64,000 nucleotides of DNA from Gemmatimonadota bacterium (GTDB lineage: Bacteria > Gemmatimonadota > Gemmatimonadetes > Gemmatimonadales > Gemmatimonadaceae). The notes beneath the pieces are model-generated. The model ran no database searches and had not been told where the DNA came from. It saw only the letters and a program-made list of their open reading frames with translations. Position numbers and translations under genes: made by a program. Of the stretch, positions 40,151 through 50,304 are shown one piece after another; position 1 is the first letter of the stretch, and every line of letters begins with the position of its first letter. The DNA lies in assembly GCA_040389905.1 (NCBI GenBank), contig JAZJZK010000007.1, positions 287,492 to 351,491 on the forward strand, in the 5' to 3' direction.

Positions 40151-41560
40151 TCAGGGTTTGGTGAGAATGTCGAGGAGAATCTGGCGTATGCGCGGATCGT
40201 TTTTCTGTCCCAGCCAGAAGATGGCCTTCTTCCTCATCTCGGGATCCTTGTCGCTCTTCGCAATCTCCACGAGCTTCTCGGAGGCAACCCGATCACGAGA
40301 GTCGGACATCACCCAAATGAGCTGCTCCTTGAGCGGGCGCTCGGTGAGCTTTTCGTAGAGCGACACCAACTCGGCGCCGGAGATGCCAGCCTGACCTGCT
40401 GTGAACAGCGCCTGTTTTCTGACCTCGATACTCGCACTCGCATCGTTCGCGACGCCGAGGATCCACCGGTCGTTGCCGAAGCCCTGCATTTGCGAGAGCG
40501 AGAACAGGATCTCCTTACGCGCCACGTCGTCATTTCCAGAGCGCCGATAGAGCGCACGCAGGAAGTCCGCGTTCTCCTGGGAGCGGTGCTGGCCGAGCCA
40601 GAAGATCGCCTGCTTGCGCACGTTGTCCGGCGTGCTCTGGGCCTCTGCGAGCTTGCGGATCACGGCAAAGGCGCGCGCCGAGCCGTGCTGCGTCAGTGCA
40701 AACACCGCCTTTTCACGAAGTCCATTGTCCGAGGACGATGTGGCGAGTTCCTCCAAGAGGGTCAGGGCGCGTTCCGACTGTGTCTGGCCCAACCAGAAGA
40801 CGGCGTCCTCACGAACGGCGCGACTCGGATCGTTCTTGATGACATCGATCATCAGATTCTCGGTCTCGCTCGACGGCTTCTGGGACAGGAGGAATACCGC
40901 CTTCTTGCGCAGGTTCGCGGAGCAGGCATCGCGACGCTTCAACACTTCCTTGATGATCGGGAGCGCGCTTTGTGCGTCCATCTGCAGCAGCGCATTCATC
41001 GCCTCGCTGCGGATGTCATCCTTGTCGTCGCCCGACGTGCACCGTGTGTCCTGCGTCGCGGCCCGCGTCACGTCCTCGGCCGACGGAGCATCACCGCGCT
41101 TGGCCAACGCACCCTTGATGCGAATTGCCAGCTCGTCCGCGTCGGAAGACGTATTGGCCTTCGGGAAGCGAGCGTGGTGGTTCTCGAGTACGCGCACCGC
41201 CTCGCGAAGGTCATCCTCACCGCCGAGGCGGTAGAGCGCGTAGGCGCGATAGTAGAGTGCGTCAGCCGAGTAGGTCGACTTGGGATAGCGGTCGGTGATG
41301 CGCTTGAAGGTGTCCGCCGCGCGACGGTACTGGTTCTTGTTGAGCGCCTCGCGGGCCGCGCGGTACAGCGAGTCCGCTGGATCGGCCTCGTCATACGGGA
41401 GTGGCGCGATCTCCGAGAACGGGCGCGCCGCGGTCATCGGGACCGTGCGAGCGCGCGCGCGGGCAGACGGCGCCTGCGCGGCGGACAGCAATGTGATGGC
41501 TGGGATCACCAGCGCGATGGTCGAGAAGAATCGACGAATGGTCATGGCAGTATTCCTCAT
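40151..41560 (-). CDS. Exported TPR + HEAT-repeat protein
   Basis: LYRAAREAL..YPKSTYSADALYY TPR-like region; repeated AIFWLGQ. Confidence 0.85.
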   Translation of the reverse strand: MRNTAMTIRRFFSTIALVIPAITLLSAAQAPSARARARTVPMTAARPFSEIAPLPYDEADPADSLYRAAREALNKNQYRRAADTFKRITDRYPKSTYSADALYYRAYALYRLGGEDDLREAVRVLENHHARFPKANTSSDADELAIRIKGALAKRGDAPSAEDVTRAATQDTRCTSGDDKDDIRSEAMNALLQMDAQSALPIIKEVLKRRDACSANLRKKAVFLLSQKPSSETENLMIDVIKNDPSRAVREDAVFWLGQTQSERALTLLEELATSSSDNGLREKAVFALTQHGSARAFAVIRKLAEAQSTPDNVRKQAIFWLGQHRSQENADFLRALYRRSGNDDVARKEILFSLSQMQGFGNDRWILGVANDASASIEVRKQALFTAGQAGISGAELVSLYEKLTERPLKEQLIWVMSDSRDRVASEKLVEIAKSDKDPEMRKKAIFWLGQKNDPRIRQILLDILTKP

Positions 41561-42363
41561 TATTCGGACGCGGCGCCGGCGACGCCGGCGGGAACCGCGG
41601 AGCGGATTCGTGGAAGGAGATCGCGCTCGCGCATCGCGCGGTCGATCAGGGCGCGCTCGCTCTCATCGAGCGGAGCGCCGGAGACACGGATGATCTGCAC
41701 CAGCACCAACTCCAGATCGTCGAGCAGCGGCCGCAACTCGGCGTCATCGCCAGCGGGGGAATCGAGCAGGAGACGCGTGCTACTGAGCACGTCGCGTCCC
41801 CATACGCCAAGCTGCTTCGCCGCCGCTGGATTGCGTTCGGCGATGTTGCTGGCGCGATAGGCGGTAAGCAACGCTTCCGCCTGACTGAGCGTCTGAACCG
41901 CCGCCAGCCGGTACAGTCGCGATGGATCATTCACCTGTGCTGCGGGCGCCGTCGCTGGGGCGCTCTTCGCGGTCGGCCTTGCCTCCGGCGGCCGAGGACC
42001 AAACACGGGTGCCGGCGCATCGGCGGCGGCAACCTGGCTGCTCGGCGCGGACGGAACGGAACGCAGCGAATACCGATCCACGCCGATACCGACGAGCAAC
42101 GCCGCCGCGATCACCGCAGGCAGCACCCAGCGGCGACGACGCAGTGGCGTGACGCCGGCAATGGCTCCCGCCTGCGCGGCCTGCGTCGTTTCGAGACGCG
42201 CCTGAATCGCATCCCACATGTCGACGCGAGGCGTTGCCGGCGGATCGTTCAACGACGGCGCCTGCTGTGCGATCCACGCGTCGAAATTCGGATCGTCGGG
42301 CAGGACAACGTCGGCGTCGTTGCCGAAGTCGTATCCGTATTTGCTGAGATTGTCGTCGCTCAT
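41560..42363 (-). CDS. Putative membrane anti-sigma factor
   Basis: ATGA overlap with sigma stop; MWDAIQARL, single TM, LLDDLELVLVQI. Confidence 0.7.
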   Translation of the reverse strand: MSDDNLSKYGYDFGNDADVVLPDDPNFDAWIAQQAPSLNDPPATPRVDMWDAIQARLETTQAAQAGAIAGVTPLRRRRWVLPAVIAAALLVGIGVDRYSLRSVPSAPSSQVAAADAPAPVFGPRPPEARPTAKSAPATAPAAQVNDPSRLYRLAAVQTLSQAEALLTAYRASNIAERNPAAAKQLGVWGRDVLSSTRLLLDSPAGDDAELRPLLDDLELVLVQIIRVSGAPLDESERALIDRAMRERDLLPRIRSAVPAGVAGAASE

Positions 42364-42947
42364 GGATTCCATTCTCCTGCGAATTCTGCGAGCGCCAGGC
42401 GCAACTTCGCCCGGCCGCGTGAGAGCTGTGCTTTCGATGTTCCCGGAGTCACGCCGAGCGCTTCGGCGATCTCCTCGTGCGTAAACCCTTCTGCGTCGTG
42501 CATCATGAAGACGGTGCGACACCCCTCTGGCAGCGCCGCCACCGCGGCGGCGAGCTTCTCTCGAAGAATCGGATCGGACACCGGCGTCGAGTGCGACATC
42601 GTCAGGGCCTCCTCGAGCGGTGCGGCGCGGGCCTCTTCACGTTTCCGGCGCTTGATCTCATTCAGCGATACCGACACCGCGATCGTGTGAAGCCAGGTTC
42701 CGAACGCGGCGTCTCCCCGAAATCCCTCGATGCCCGCAAAGGCGCGAACGAAGGTGTCCTGCGTGAGCTCGCGGGCGAGGTGTTCCCGCCCGGTGAGCCG
42801 AAAGGTCAGCCGGTAAATCCGATCGACGTGCTCTTCGTACAGCGTGCGTTGAGCGATGGGGTCGCCCCGGCGGGCCCGCTCCACGAGCGTGCGCTGATCC
42901 GCGAGTCTCAGGGCTCGCTCCGGGGTGACGGCCTGCTCAGTTTCCAT
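42360..42947 (-). CDS. ECF sigma-70 factor
   Basis: ELTQDTFVRAF..FGTWL; LPEGCRTVF..EEIAEALG..GTSKAQLSR. Confidence 0.92.
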   Translation of the reverse strand: METEQAVTPERALRLADQRTLVERARRGDPIAQRTLYEEHVDRIYRLTFRLTGREHLARELTQDTFVRAFAGIEGFRGDAAFGTWLHTIAVSVSLNEIKRRKREEARAAPLEEALTMSHSTPVSDPILREKLAAAVAALPEGCRTVFMMHDAEGFTHEEIAEALGVTPGTSKAQLSRGRAKLRLALAEFAGEWNP

Positions 42948-43106
42948 TCTGCCTCTTGTGACAACGGCATCAGAAATACGGTTGATCGGGACAAGAGACG
43001 AAGGTCGTCAATGCAGGAGCACCGGATGAGCTGGTTGCGGGAGTCGCGAGGCGCGTTGGAAGTCGCAGCCCGGCAGACCAGCCACAACGACCCAGTCTTC
43101 AACGAG

Positions 43107-43190
43107 CAGATTCGACGGATTCAACGGATTCTGCGGATAACTACGTGAACAAAAGATCCGTCGAATCCGCTTAATCCACACAATCCGCAT
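43107..43190. repeat. Hairpin of 9-nt-period CGGATT units
   Basis: CAGATTCGACGGATTCAACGGATTCTGCGGAT / ATCCGTCGAATCCGCTTAATCCACACAATCCG. Confidence 0.65.
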
Positions 43191-43261
43191 TCGAACCTGG
43201 GTCAGTGATGTCCTTGAAGGTGCGCCGCCAATGTCCAACGCGGCCAAGAGGCCTGTGCCAG

Positions 43262-43295
43262 GTGCAGATCCCCCTCGACTTCGCTCGGGATAACC
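43262..43295. repeat. Half copy of GTCATCCCGAGCGAAGTCGAGGGATCT REP-like element
   Basis: GCAGATCCCCCTCGACTTCGCTCGGGATAAC. Confidence 0.7.
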
Positions 43296-43331
43296 AAAGT
43301 TTTCGGCCGGGATGACAACAGCCTCTGCACG

Positions 43332-43359
43332 TTGACAACGACCAGGCAGTGTATACAAT
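43332..43359 (+). promoter_or_regulatory. Near-consensus sigma-70 promoter, leaderless
   Basis: TTGACA-16nt-TACAAT, 7 nt before ATG 43367. Confidence 0.65.
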
Positions 43360-43366
43360 TGCGCTG

Positions 43367-45931
43367 ATGCGGCGAGCAATTGGGTACTTCCCGGCGGCGA
43401 TTCTTGCGACGCTCCTCATCGCCACGCCGCTCGCGGCACAGGACCTTCAAGGTGTCGTTCGCGACAGCACCAGCCGACAACCGGTCCCCGGCGCCGTCGT
43501 CACGCTCCTCGACGTGTCGGGCGGTACGATCGGCCGAGGGATCACCAACGAGCGGGGTGAGTACCGCGCGCTCACGACGAACGGCGCCACCAAACTCCGC
43601 ATCGTGCGACTGGGCTTCCGCCCGCGTGACATTCTCCTTCCGATTTCCACGACGCCTGGACTACGACTCGATATCTCGCTTGTCGCGATCGCGATTCACC
43701 TCGAGCCGGTGCGAATCACGGCGGCAGCGAATTGTCCGTCGAGCCCAACCGCATCCGCAGCACTTGCGCTGCTCGAGCAGGCGCGCGCCGGGTTGCTCGC
43801 GACCGTCGTTGCGCGTTCGTCGAGCCCCGCGACGATGAAGCTGTTGCGCTTCCGGCGAATGATGGCGGGGAAGTCGGACAGCATCGTGGGCCAACTCGTG
43901 CAGATCGAAGAAGGTGCGCAGGCGACAATGTCGTTCGGGGCGGTGCGCAGCGGCTCGGACTTCGCGCGCGACGGCTTTATGAAGGACAGCTCGGGCATCC
44001 AGACACTGTACGGCCCAGACGCCGAAGCCCTACTGGATGACGGATTCGCCTCCGCGTATTGCTTTCGGCTCCTCGCCGCAGAGCCCACGCGAGCGAACCA
44101 GATCGGGCTCGGCTTCCAGGTGGCGAAGCGCCGGTCCAATCGAGTCGACATCGACGGCGCGATCTGGATCGACACTGTCGCGAAGGCGCTCCGCAACATC
44201 GAATTCGACTATGTCGGCATCGACCGCCGGTTCGACGAGTTCCATCCGGGCGGCCGAGTGTGGTTTCGCGAGATGCCGAATGGCGTGGTGCTGATCGATC
44301 GTTGGCACCTTCGCATGGTGTATGCGACGGCCGACACGTTTCGACTGCGGCGTGCGAGCGGTGGCGAGGAATTCCGGGTGAGCACCCAGTACAACGCCCA
44401 GGAAGCCGGCGGCGAGCTCGCGCGCGCGACGTGGCCGGACGGGCGCACTTGGCAGGCTCCGCTCGGCACCGTATCGATTCACGCCGACAGCCGCGCGCAA
44501 CGTTCGGCGGCGAACACGGTGTTGCGCCTGGAAGGCACGGATTATCGCGGCAAGACCGACGCGAGCGGCAACCTCACGATCACCGACGTACTTCCGGGCC
44601 CGTATTTCATTCGATTGGCCGATGCGAGAGCGGCCGCGTCGGCGACGAATGCGTCGTCGGTCAAACGATTTGCCGTCGTGCGAGACTCCACGACGGAATT
44701 GAATATCGACGTCGTGACGGTGAACGAGTTCGCTCGCGTGCGCGGCATCGCATGGGATAGCTTGAACGCTCGGCCACTGAAGGGAGCCCTCGTCAGTATC
44801 ACTGGACGGCCGGATGGCTTCACGACCGATAGCACGGGCGCCTTCGCATTCGACAGTATTTCGCCGGGCACGTATACGCTCAGCGCCTTCCATCAGGCGA
44901 TGGATTCGATCGGATTGTCAGGAGCGTCGAGGCGAATCGAGGTTAGGCAAGATCGTGATTCGGTTCGGCTTGCCATCCCGTCGTTCGGTACGCTCTGGAA
45001 GGCGGCGTGTGGAAAGAAACCCGTTCCGCGCGATAGCGGATTCGTCTTCGGGATGGTGCGGGATGCGACGCGCCGAGAACCGCTTCAGGGTGCGATTATC
45101 GACGTGAGTTGGCAGCAAGCCGGGAGCGATAGCACGACAGTCCAACGACGCCTCGTCGAGGAGATTCGCACAGATGAAGCAGGTGCCTACAGCGCCTGCG
45201 GTATTCCACCGAATGCTCCGTTGCGATTAGCGGCGACGAATGGCGCGACGGCAACGGGTTTGATCGATCTTCCGGCGAGCATGCAGCGCGTTCAGCGCCG
45301 TGATCTCGTCGTGGGGGAGGCAACAGACTCAATGCATACACAGCGGGGAACGATACTCGGCGTGGTGCGCGACGAAACACGCCAACCGATTCCCGGTGCA
45401 CGCGTGTCGGTGATCGGTGCGCGCGAGGCCCGCACAGGGGACGATGGCCGTTTCCTGTTGAGTGGCGTGCCGGTTGGCACGCGGCAGGTGCAAGTGTTGT
45501 CGTTGGGGCGTACTCCGCTAACGACAGCCATCGACGTCTTCCCCATCGATACAGCGCTCGTTTCGTTCGAGCTACAGCGCATGACCACGCTCGAAGCGGT
45601 GAACGTCACGGCGAACACCGTGCGGCAACGGCGAGTCAGCGAGATTCAAGAACGCATGACGTTGTCGCCCGCGTCGCACTTCATGGATTCGACCATGGTG
45701 AGCGGATTCGCCCAGGTGAAGAGTGCACTGTCGTACATGCCGATCCCGAGCGGTTGCGTCTTTTATGTCGATGCGATTCGAATACGAAGCACGGACGCCA
45801 AGCGCGAGATTCAGCTGCTGGACCCAGGTGCGATCGCGATGATCGAAGTACATCGCGCAGAGCGTGTCCCGATTCGATTCCAGCCAGACACGTGCGTCGT
45901 GCTCATCTGGACGAAAATGGCACTGCCGTAG
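43367..45931 (+). CDS. Exported multi-carboxypeptidase-regulatory-like domain protein with plug-like C-terminus
   Basis: Several G.VRD..P.GA.V..TD..G.Y/F modules; paralog of 4940-6595. Confidence 0.85.
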   Translation: MRRAIGYFPAAILATLLIATPLAAQDLQGVVRDSTSRQPVPGAVVTLLDVSGGTIGRGITNERGEYRALTTNGATKLRIVRLGFRPRDILLPISTTPGLRLDISLVAIAIHLEPVRITAAANCPSSPTASAALALLEQARAGLLATVVARSSSPATMKLLRFRRMMAGKSDSIVGQLVQIEEGAQATMSFGAVRSGSDFARDGFMKDSSGIQTLYGPDAEALLDDGFASAYCFRLLAAEPTRANQIGLGFQVAKRRSNRVDIDGAIWIDTVAKALRNIEFDYVGIDRRFDEFHPGGRVWFREMPNGVVLIDRWHLRMVYATADTFRLRRASGGEEFRVSTQYNAQEAGGELARATWPDGRTWQAPLGTVSIHADSRAQRSAANTVLRLEGTDYRGKTDASGNLTITDVLPGPYFIRLADARAAASATNASSVKRFAVVRDSTTELNIDVVTVNEFARVRGIAWDSLNARPLKGALVSITGRPDGFTTDSTGAFAFDSISPGTYTLSAFHQAMDSIGLSGASRRIEVRQDRDSVRLAIPSFGTLWKAACGKKPVPRDSGFVFGMVRDATRREPLQGAIIDVSWQQAGSDSTTVQRRLVEEIRTDEAGAYSACGIPPNAPLRLAATNGATATGLIDLPASMQRVQRRDLVVGEATDSMHTQRGTILGVVRDETRQPIPGARVSVIGAREARTGDDGRFLLSGVPVGTRQVQVLSLGRTPLTTAIDVFPIDTALVSFELQRMTTLEAVNVTANTVRQRRVSEIQERMTLSPASHFMDSTMVSGFAQVKSALSYMPIPSGCVFYVDAIRIRSTDAKREIQLLDPGAIAMIEVHRAERVPIRFQPDTCVVLIWTKMALP

Positions 45932-45964
45932 GAGCTGGCACGCGGCGAATTGTAGATTGGACGC

Positions 45965-46842
45965 ATGCCGCGAATTGCGATGGTTACGTGTCGGACAATG
46001 TCGGAGATCACGGATGACGACGCCGTGCTCGCCGCTGCGCTTCGCACTCGCGACTGCGATGTCGTCGCGGCGCCGTGGGATGCCGATGTCGCATGGGAGT
46101 CGTTCGACGCAGTGGTCTTGAGGTCGTGTTGGGATTACCACCACCGTGCCGACGAATTCCGCTGTTGGATTGCAGACTGCGTGGCGAAAGGCGTTAACCT
46201 CTGGAATCCTGCTGTCGTCGTCGAATGGAATCTCCACAAGGCGTATCTGCGCGACGCATGGCGGGCGGGCGTTCGTGTTCCCGCGACGCGTTGGATTGGC
46301 GTCGGAGCCGATGTTCGGCTGGCCACCATTCTCGAAGAGAAGAGAATTGGACGGAAGCGGTGGTGAAGCCGGCGATCTCGGCGTCGGCAACCAACACCTT
46401 TCGTATCTCGCATCCGCCACTCGACGACGCCGAGGCGCGATTCGAGCGGTTGTCGGCGCATCAGGACATGCTGGTGCAGCGCTTTCTTCCGGAAGTGTCA
46501 CGCGACGGCGAGTGGTCTCTGGTGTTCTTCGCCGGCGTGTTCAGCCATGCCGTGCTGAAACGACCAGGAACGGCGGATTTTCGCGTCCAGGAGGAGCTCG
46601 GCGGCCGTGCCACGGCTCTCACCCCGGCTCCTGAGCTCCTGCGTGCGGCCGCCGTGGCGACTGGGCTCATTCCGGGCGATTGGCTCTACGTCCGCGTCGA
46701 TGGCGTGGTGGTGGAGGGAGAATTCGTCCTGATGGAGCTCGAGTGTCTGGAGCCGAGGCTGTACTTCCTTGACGATTCGATGGCCGCGACGCGGTGCGCG
46801 GAGGCGCTTTTCTCGAGGTTGAAGGGTACGGGCGCGCACTGA
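45965..46842 (+). pseudogene. RimK/glutathione-synthetase-like ATP-grasp protein, frameshifted near 46340
   Basis: Frame 1 LRSCWDY..WNLHKAYL..VPAT; frame 2 VVKPAISASA..QRFLPE..GEWSL..VRVD..MELECLEP. Confidence 0.8.
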
Positions 46843-46937
46843 GTGCAAAATTTCCCCGTGGCGTGACGGTGCAAAGTGGGAAACAGCTGTAGTTGTTCTG
46901 GAAAGACACTCAGCTACCCATTCTCGCCCCCCGACGA

Positions 46938-47690
46938 ATGATTCGAATCGGCACCGACCGCATTGCAGTGGCCCTCGTCGCACCTCGCGGCCAATTCGCG
47001 CTCATGGTGGAGAAAGAGCTTCGTGAGCCGGGCGTCGTCACAATGCGGTGTGATGACCACGCGGGGCTTCAGAATGCCCTCGACGATGAACTGCCCGATA
47101 TCGTGGTGGTCGACGAGACGTCCTGCCCCACTCCCGTCGGACAACTCCAGGCCATTCGCGCTCAACTTCCGATCGCGCAGATCGTCCACCTCCGTGCAGG
47201 CGACGCTGCGCGTTGTAACACACTCATCGAGTGGGGTGCGGACGATGCGATCGATCGGTCCCCCGCGTGGCCAATTCGCATTCGCTCAGTGCTGCGTCGG
47301 GCGCGCGCCATCAAGTCCCTCGAGCAAACGGCGATTGGCGACGTCATCCTCGATCACCGGACGCGCCAGGTGTGGTGTAGCGGAGAGGAAACGCGTCTGA
47401 CCCGCCTCGAGTTCGAAGTGCTGCACCTGTTGTTCAAGAGCGCGCCGTGCGCCGTCCGCACGGAATGCATTGCGGCCGCGGTCTGGAAGGACCGGTCCGA
47501 ACGCCAGCAGCGAACCCTGGTCCAGACATATGTGTGCTACTTACGGCAGAAGCTCGCGAGCAGCGAGAGCGTCGCGCTGCGCTTCTGCAAGGTGCGCGGT
47601 TACTACTTCGGGCCTCGGCGGAAGGCGGACCGCTCGATCTCGATCGAACGTGCGGGCGTCCGGATGTACGCGAACGGCGACGCGGGGTAA
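46938..47690 (+). CDS. OmpR-family response regulator with degenerate receiver domain
   Basis: PDIVVVD, GADD, LTRLEFEVL, YVCYLRQKL, VRGYYF. Confidence 0.75.
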   Translation: MIRIGTDRIAVALVAPRGQFALMVEKELREPGVVTMRCDDHAGLQNALDDELPDIVVVDETSCPTPVGQLQAIRAQLPIAQIVHLRAGDAARCNTLIEWGADDAIDRSPAWPIRIRSVLRRARAIKSLEQTAIGDVILDHRTRQVWCSGEETRLTRLEFEVLHLLFKSAPCAVRTECIAAAVWKDRSERQQRTLVQTYVCYLRQKLASSESVALRFCKVRGYYFGPRRKADRSISIERAGVRMYANGDAG

Positions 47691-47772
47691 CGGTCGCTCG
47701 CTGCGGTAAAATCATTCGCGCGTGCGGTAGAATGATGACGCACTTTCCGGAGCGCGCGCGACTATTCATGGC

Positions 47773-49320
47773 ATGCTCGCTGCCATTCGCTCAGCCGCCG
47801 TACTCGGCATCGATTCCTACGATGTTACCGTTGAGGTAGACGTCGCGCTCGGTCTCCCGCAATGGATCATCGTCGGCCTGCCGGCAAATGCCGTGAAGGA
47901 GAGTCGAGAGCGAGTGAGCGCCGCGCTCATCAACGCGGGATTCACCGTGCCGTCGCGGCGCATCACCGTGAACCTTGCGCCCGCTGACGTACGCAAGGAA
48001 GGAACGGCGTTCGACTTGCCGATTGCGCTCGGAGTGCTCGTCGGGACTGGCGTGATCGCACCGGAGCAAATCGAGCACTGCGTGTTCGTCGGCGAACTGG
48101 GTCTCGACGCCTCGATTCGACCGGTCCGCGGCGCGCTGTCGATCGCGCGTCAGCTCGCGTCGTATTCATCAGAACGGAGAACCACGCTTGTTCTCCCCGC
48201 GGCCAACGCAGGAGAAGCATCGCTCGTGGGTGGCTTGCGTCTCGCCGCTCCATCGACGCTCGGCGAGCTCGTCGACTGGGTCCATGCGGGTTCGCTTCCT
48301 GAGCCGAAGACGGACGCGCGCACCGTCAGCCGGGTGGATGATCTCGACCTTGCCGATGTCGCAGGGCAGGAGGGGGCGAAGCGCGCGCTGGCGATCGCGG
48401 CGGCAGGGTCGCACGGGATACTTCTGGTTGGGCCACCAGGTGCAGGCAAGACCATGCTGGCGCGCCGCCTCCCGACGATCCTGCCCGCGTTGACGGACGC
48501 GGAAGCGCTGGAGGTGACAGCGGTGCACTCGGTTGCCGGAATGCTCGATCCGGCCGCAGGTGCGGTGTGGCGGCGTCCCTTCCGCGCGCCACACCACTCG
48601 ATCTCGACGGCGGGGCTGGTGGGCGGTGGGTCGTCGCCGAGGCCCGGCGAGGTGAGTCTTGCGCATCATGGGGTGCTGTTTCTCGACGAGTTGCTCGAGT
48701 TCCCGCGCTCCGTGCTCGAAGCGTTGCGTCAGCCAATGGAGGATGGAACGGTGACGATTGCGCGTGCGTCGGCCTCGCTGCGTTTTCCGGCGCGATTCGC
48801 GCTGGCTGCTGCGATGAATCCGTGTCCATGCGGCCATGCGGGCGACGTCTCGCATCCGTGCGTGTGTCCGGCGGCTGATGTCGCGAAGTACCGCGGTCGT
48901 CTCTCGGGTCCTCTCGCTGACAGGATCGATCTCCATGTGAATGTGCCTGCGGTTGCTCTCACACGACTTTCTTCGCGCGAGAGCGGCGAGAGTTCGAGCG
49001 TCGTGCGTGTGCGCGTCGAGGAAGCGCGTCGACGTCAGCGCGGCCGCTACCTCAGCGATGATGGTTGCAACGCGCGTGCGCCGGGCCGGTGGCTCGAGAC
49101 ACATGGACAGGTGCGTGGGTCAGCTCGCGAGCTTCTCACGTCGGCGGGCGAACGGCTTCACCTGTCAGCGCGCGCATTCCATCGCGTGTTACGCGTTGCG
49201 CGAACCATCGCGGATCTCGATGGCGACGCGAAGGTCGGCGCACCCCACGTGGCAGAAGCGCTCGGCTATCGGCCGAGAGGGCCGGAGGTCGAACAATCCA
49301 TCAGGAGGGCCATTGCATGA
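47773..49320 (+). CDS. comM: YifB/ComM family Mg-chelatase-like AAA+ ATPase
   Basis: VKESRERV, GPPGAGKT, FRAPHH, LFLDELLEF, AMNPCPCG, ARTIADL. Confidence 0.93.
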   Translation: MLAAIRSAAVLGIDSYDVTVEVDVALGLPQWIIVGLPANAVKESRERVSAALINAGFTVPSRRITVNLAPADVRKEGTAFDLPIALGVLVGTGVIAPEQIEHCVFVGELGLDASIRPVRGALSIARQLASYSSERRTTLVLPAANAGEASLVGGLRLAAPSTLGELVDWVHAGSLPEPKTDARTVSRVDDLDLADVAGQEGAKRALAIAAAGSHGILLVGPPGAGKTMLARRLPTILPALTDAEALEVTAVHSVAGMLDPAAGAVWRRPFRAPHHSISTAGLVGGGSSPRPGEVSLAHHGVLFLDELLEFPRSVLEALRQPMEDGTVTIARASASLRFPARFALAAAMNPCPCGHAGDVSHPCVCPAADVAKYRGRLSGPLADRIDLHVNVPAVALTRLSSRESGESSSVVRVRVEEARRRQRGRYLSDDGCNARAPGRWLETHGQVRGSARELLTSAGERLHLSARAFHRVLRVARTIADLDGDAKVGAPHVAEALGYRPRGPEVEQSIRRAIA

Positions 49321-49365
49321 ACACGAAGGCGTTCAGGATCTTGCGGGTTGACGGTGATGCCGATA

Positions 49366-49387
49366 GTATTACTTATCAAAGTAATAC
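49366..49387. promoter_or_regulatory. Palindromic operator of the TA operon
   Basis: Perfect GTATTACTT-atca-AAGTAATAC, with TTGACG upstream at 49348. Confidence 0.7.
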
Positions 49388-49400
49388 CACGGAGCAGGCT

Positions 49401-49643
49401 ATGCGCATCACCAGCAAGGGGCAGGTCACCATTCCGCTTCAGGTTCGGGAGCGTCTGGGACTCCTGCCCAATACCGAAGTCGAGTTCAGCATTCGCGGCG
49501 ATGTCGCGGTGCTGATGAAGGCCGGGACGCGGCGTCGTGGACGAGCGGTCGTGGAGCACATGCGCGGACGCGGCGACGGTACGATGACGACCGATGAGAT
49601 CATGGCGCTTACGCGCGATGCGACGCCGAGTGCAACGAAATGA
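49401..49643 (+). CDS. AbrB/MazE-type antitoxin
   Basis: MRITSKGQVTIP..RERLGL..EVEF. Confidence 0.9.
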   Translation: MRITSKGQVTIPLQVRERLGLLPNTEVEFSIRGDVAVLMKAGTRRRGRAVVEHMRGRGDGTMTTDEIMALTRDATPSATK

Positions 49644-50047
49644 GCCAGGTTCTGGTGGACAGCAATGTCATCATTGACGTCCTGACCGAAGACGCGAACT
49701 GGTTCGAGTGGTCGGCGAAGGCGCTGGAGGAGGCCGCGGAATCGGACGTGCTCTTCATCAATCCGATCATCTACTCGGAAGTGTCGGTGCACTTCTCGCG
49801 CATCGAGGATCTCGATGCCGCCGTGCCGCCAGCGAACTTTCGACGCGAGGCGTTGCCATGGCAGGCGGGGTTTCTTGCAGGGAAGGCGTTCCACCAGTAC
49901 CGCAAACGAGGCGGCGAGCGGCGGTCTCCCTTGCCGGACTTTTACATCGGTGCACATGCCGCGATTCGTGGCGCGACGCTGCTCACGCGCGATGCGTCAC
50001 GATACCGGTCGCTGTTCCCCAGGTTGGAAATCATTTCGCCTGCGTGA
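49640..50047 (+). CDS. vapC: PIN-domain toxin
   Basis: VLVDSNVIID, IIYSE, LPDFYIGAHA, LLTRD; ATGA overlap with antitoxin. Confidence 0.9.
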   Translation: MSQVLVDSNVIIDVLTEDANWFEWSAKALEEAAESDVLFINPIIYSEVSVHFSRIEDLDAAVPPANFRREALPWQAGFLAGKAFHQYRKRGGERRSPLPDFYIGAHAAIRGATLLTRDASRYRSLFPRLEIISPA

Positions 50048-50063
50048 CAACGACGGAAACCAG

Positions 50064-50287
50064 TGAACGCGGATCAAATCTGAAACAACTGCAAAAAAAA
50101 TGATTCTTCATTCATGTTATTGCAAGCTTGAGAAAGACCCCGATAACTGCTTCAATATCAATACCAAAGGGCCGGCCTCTTGAGAACGAGGCCGGCCCTT
50201 CGTAGGAACGAATCGCTGTTTGCTTCTGTTGAATCAGATTTGCATCCGCGTTCAATGTGCCGGCGGAAGTGGCTCAATCCGCGTTCA
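50064..50287. repeat. TGAACGCGGAT element arms enclosing an AT-rich spacer
   Basis: TGAACGCGGATCAAATCTGA ... TCAGATTTGCATCCGCGTTCAATGTGCCGG plus extra partial arm. Confidence 0.7.
50166..50200. terminator. Probable intrinsic terminator between convergent genes
   Basis: AAGGGCCGGCCTC / GAGGCCGGCCCTT stem. Confidence 0.7.
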
Positions 50288-50304
50288 GGCAGACGCAGGT
50301 ATGG

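Noticed and set aside
45936..45952. Sigma-54 promoter TGGCACG before the ATP-grasp gene
   Set aside because: No GC at the -12 position.
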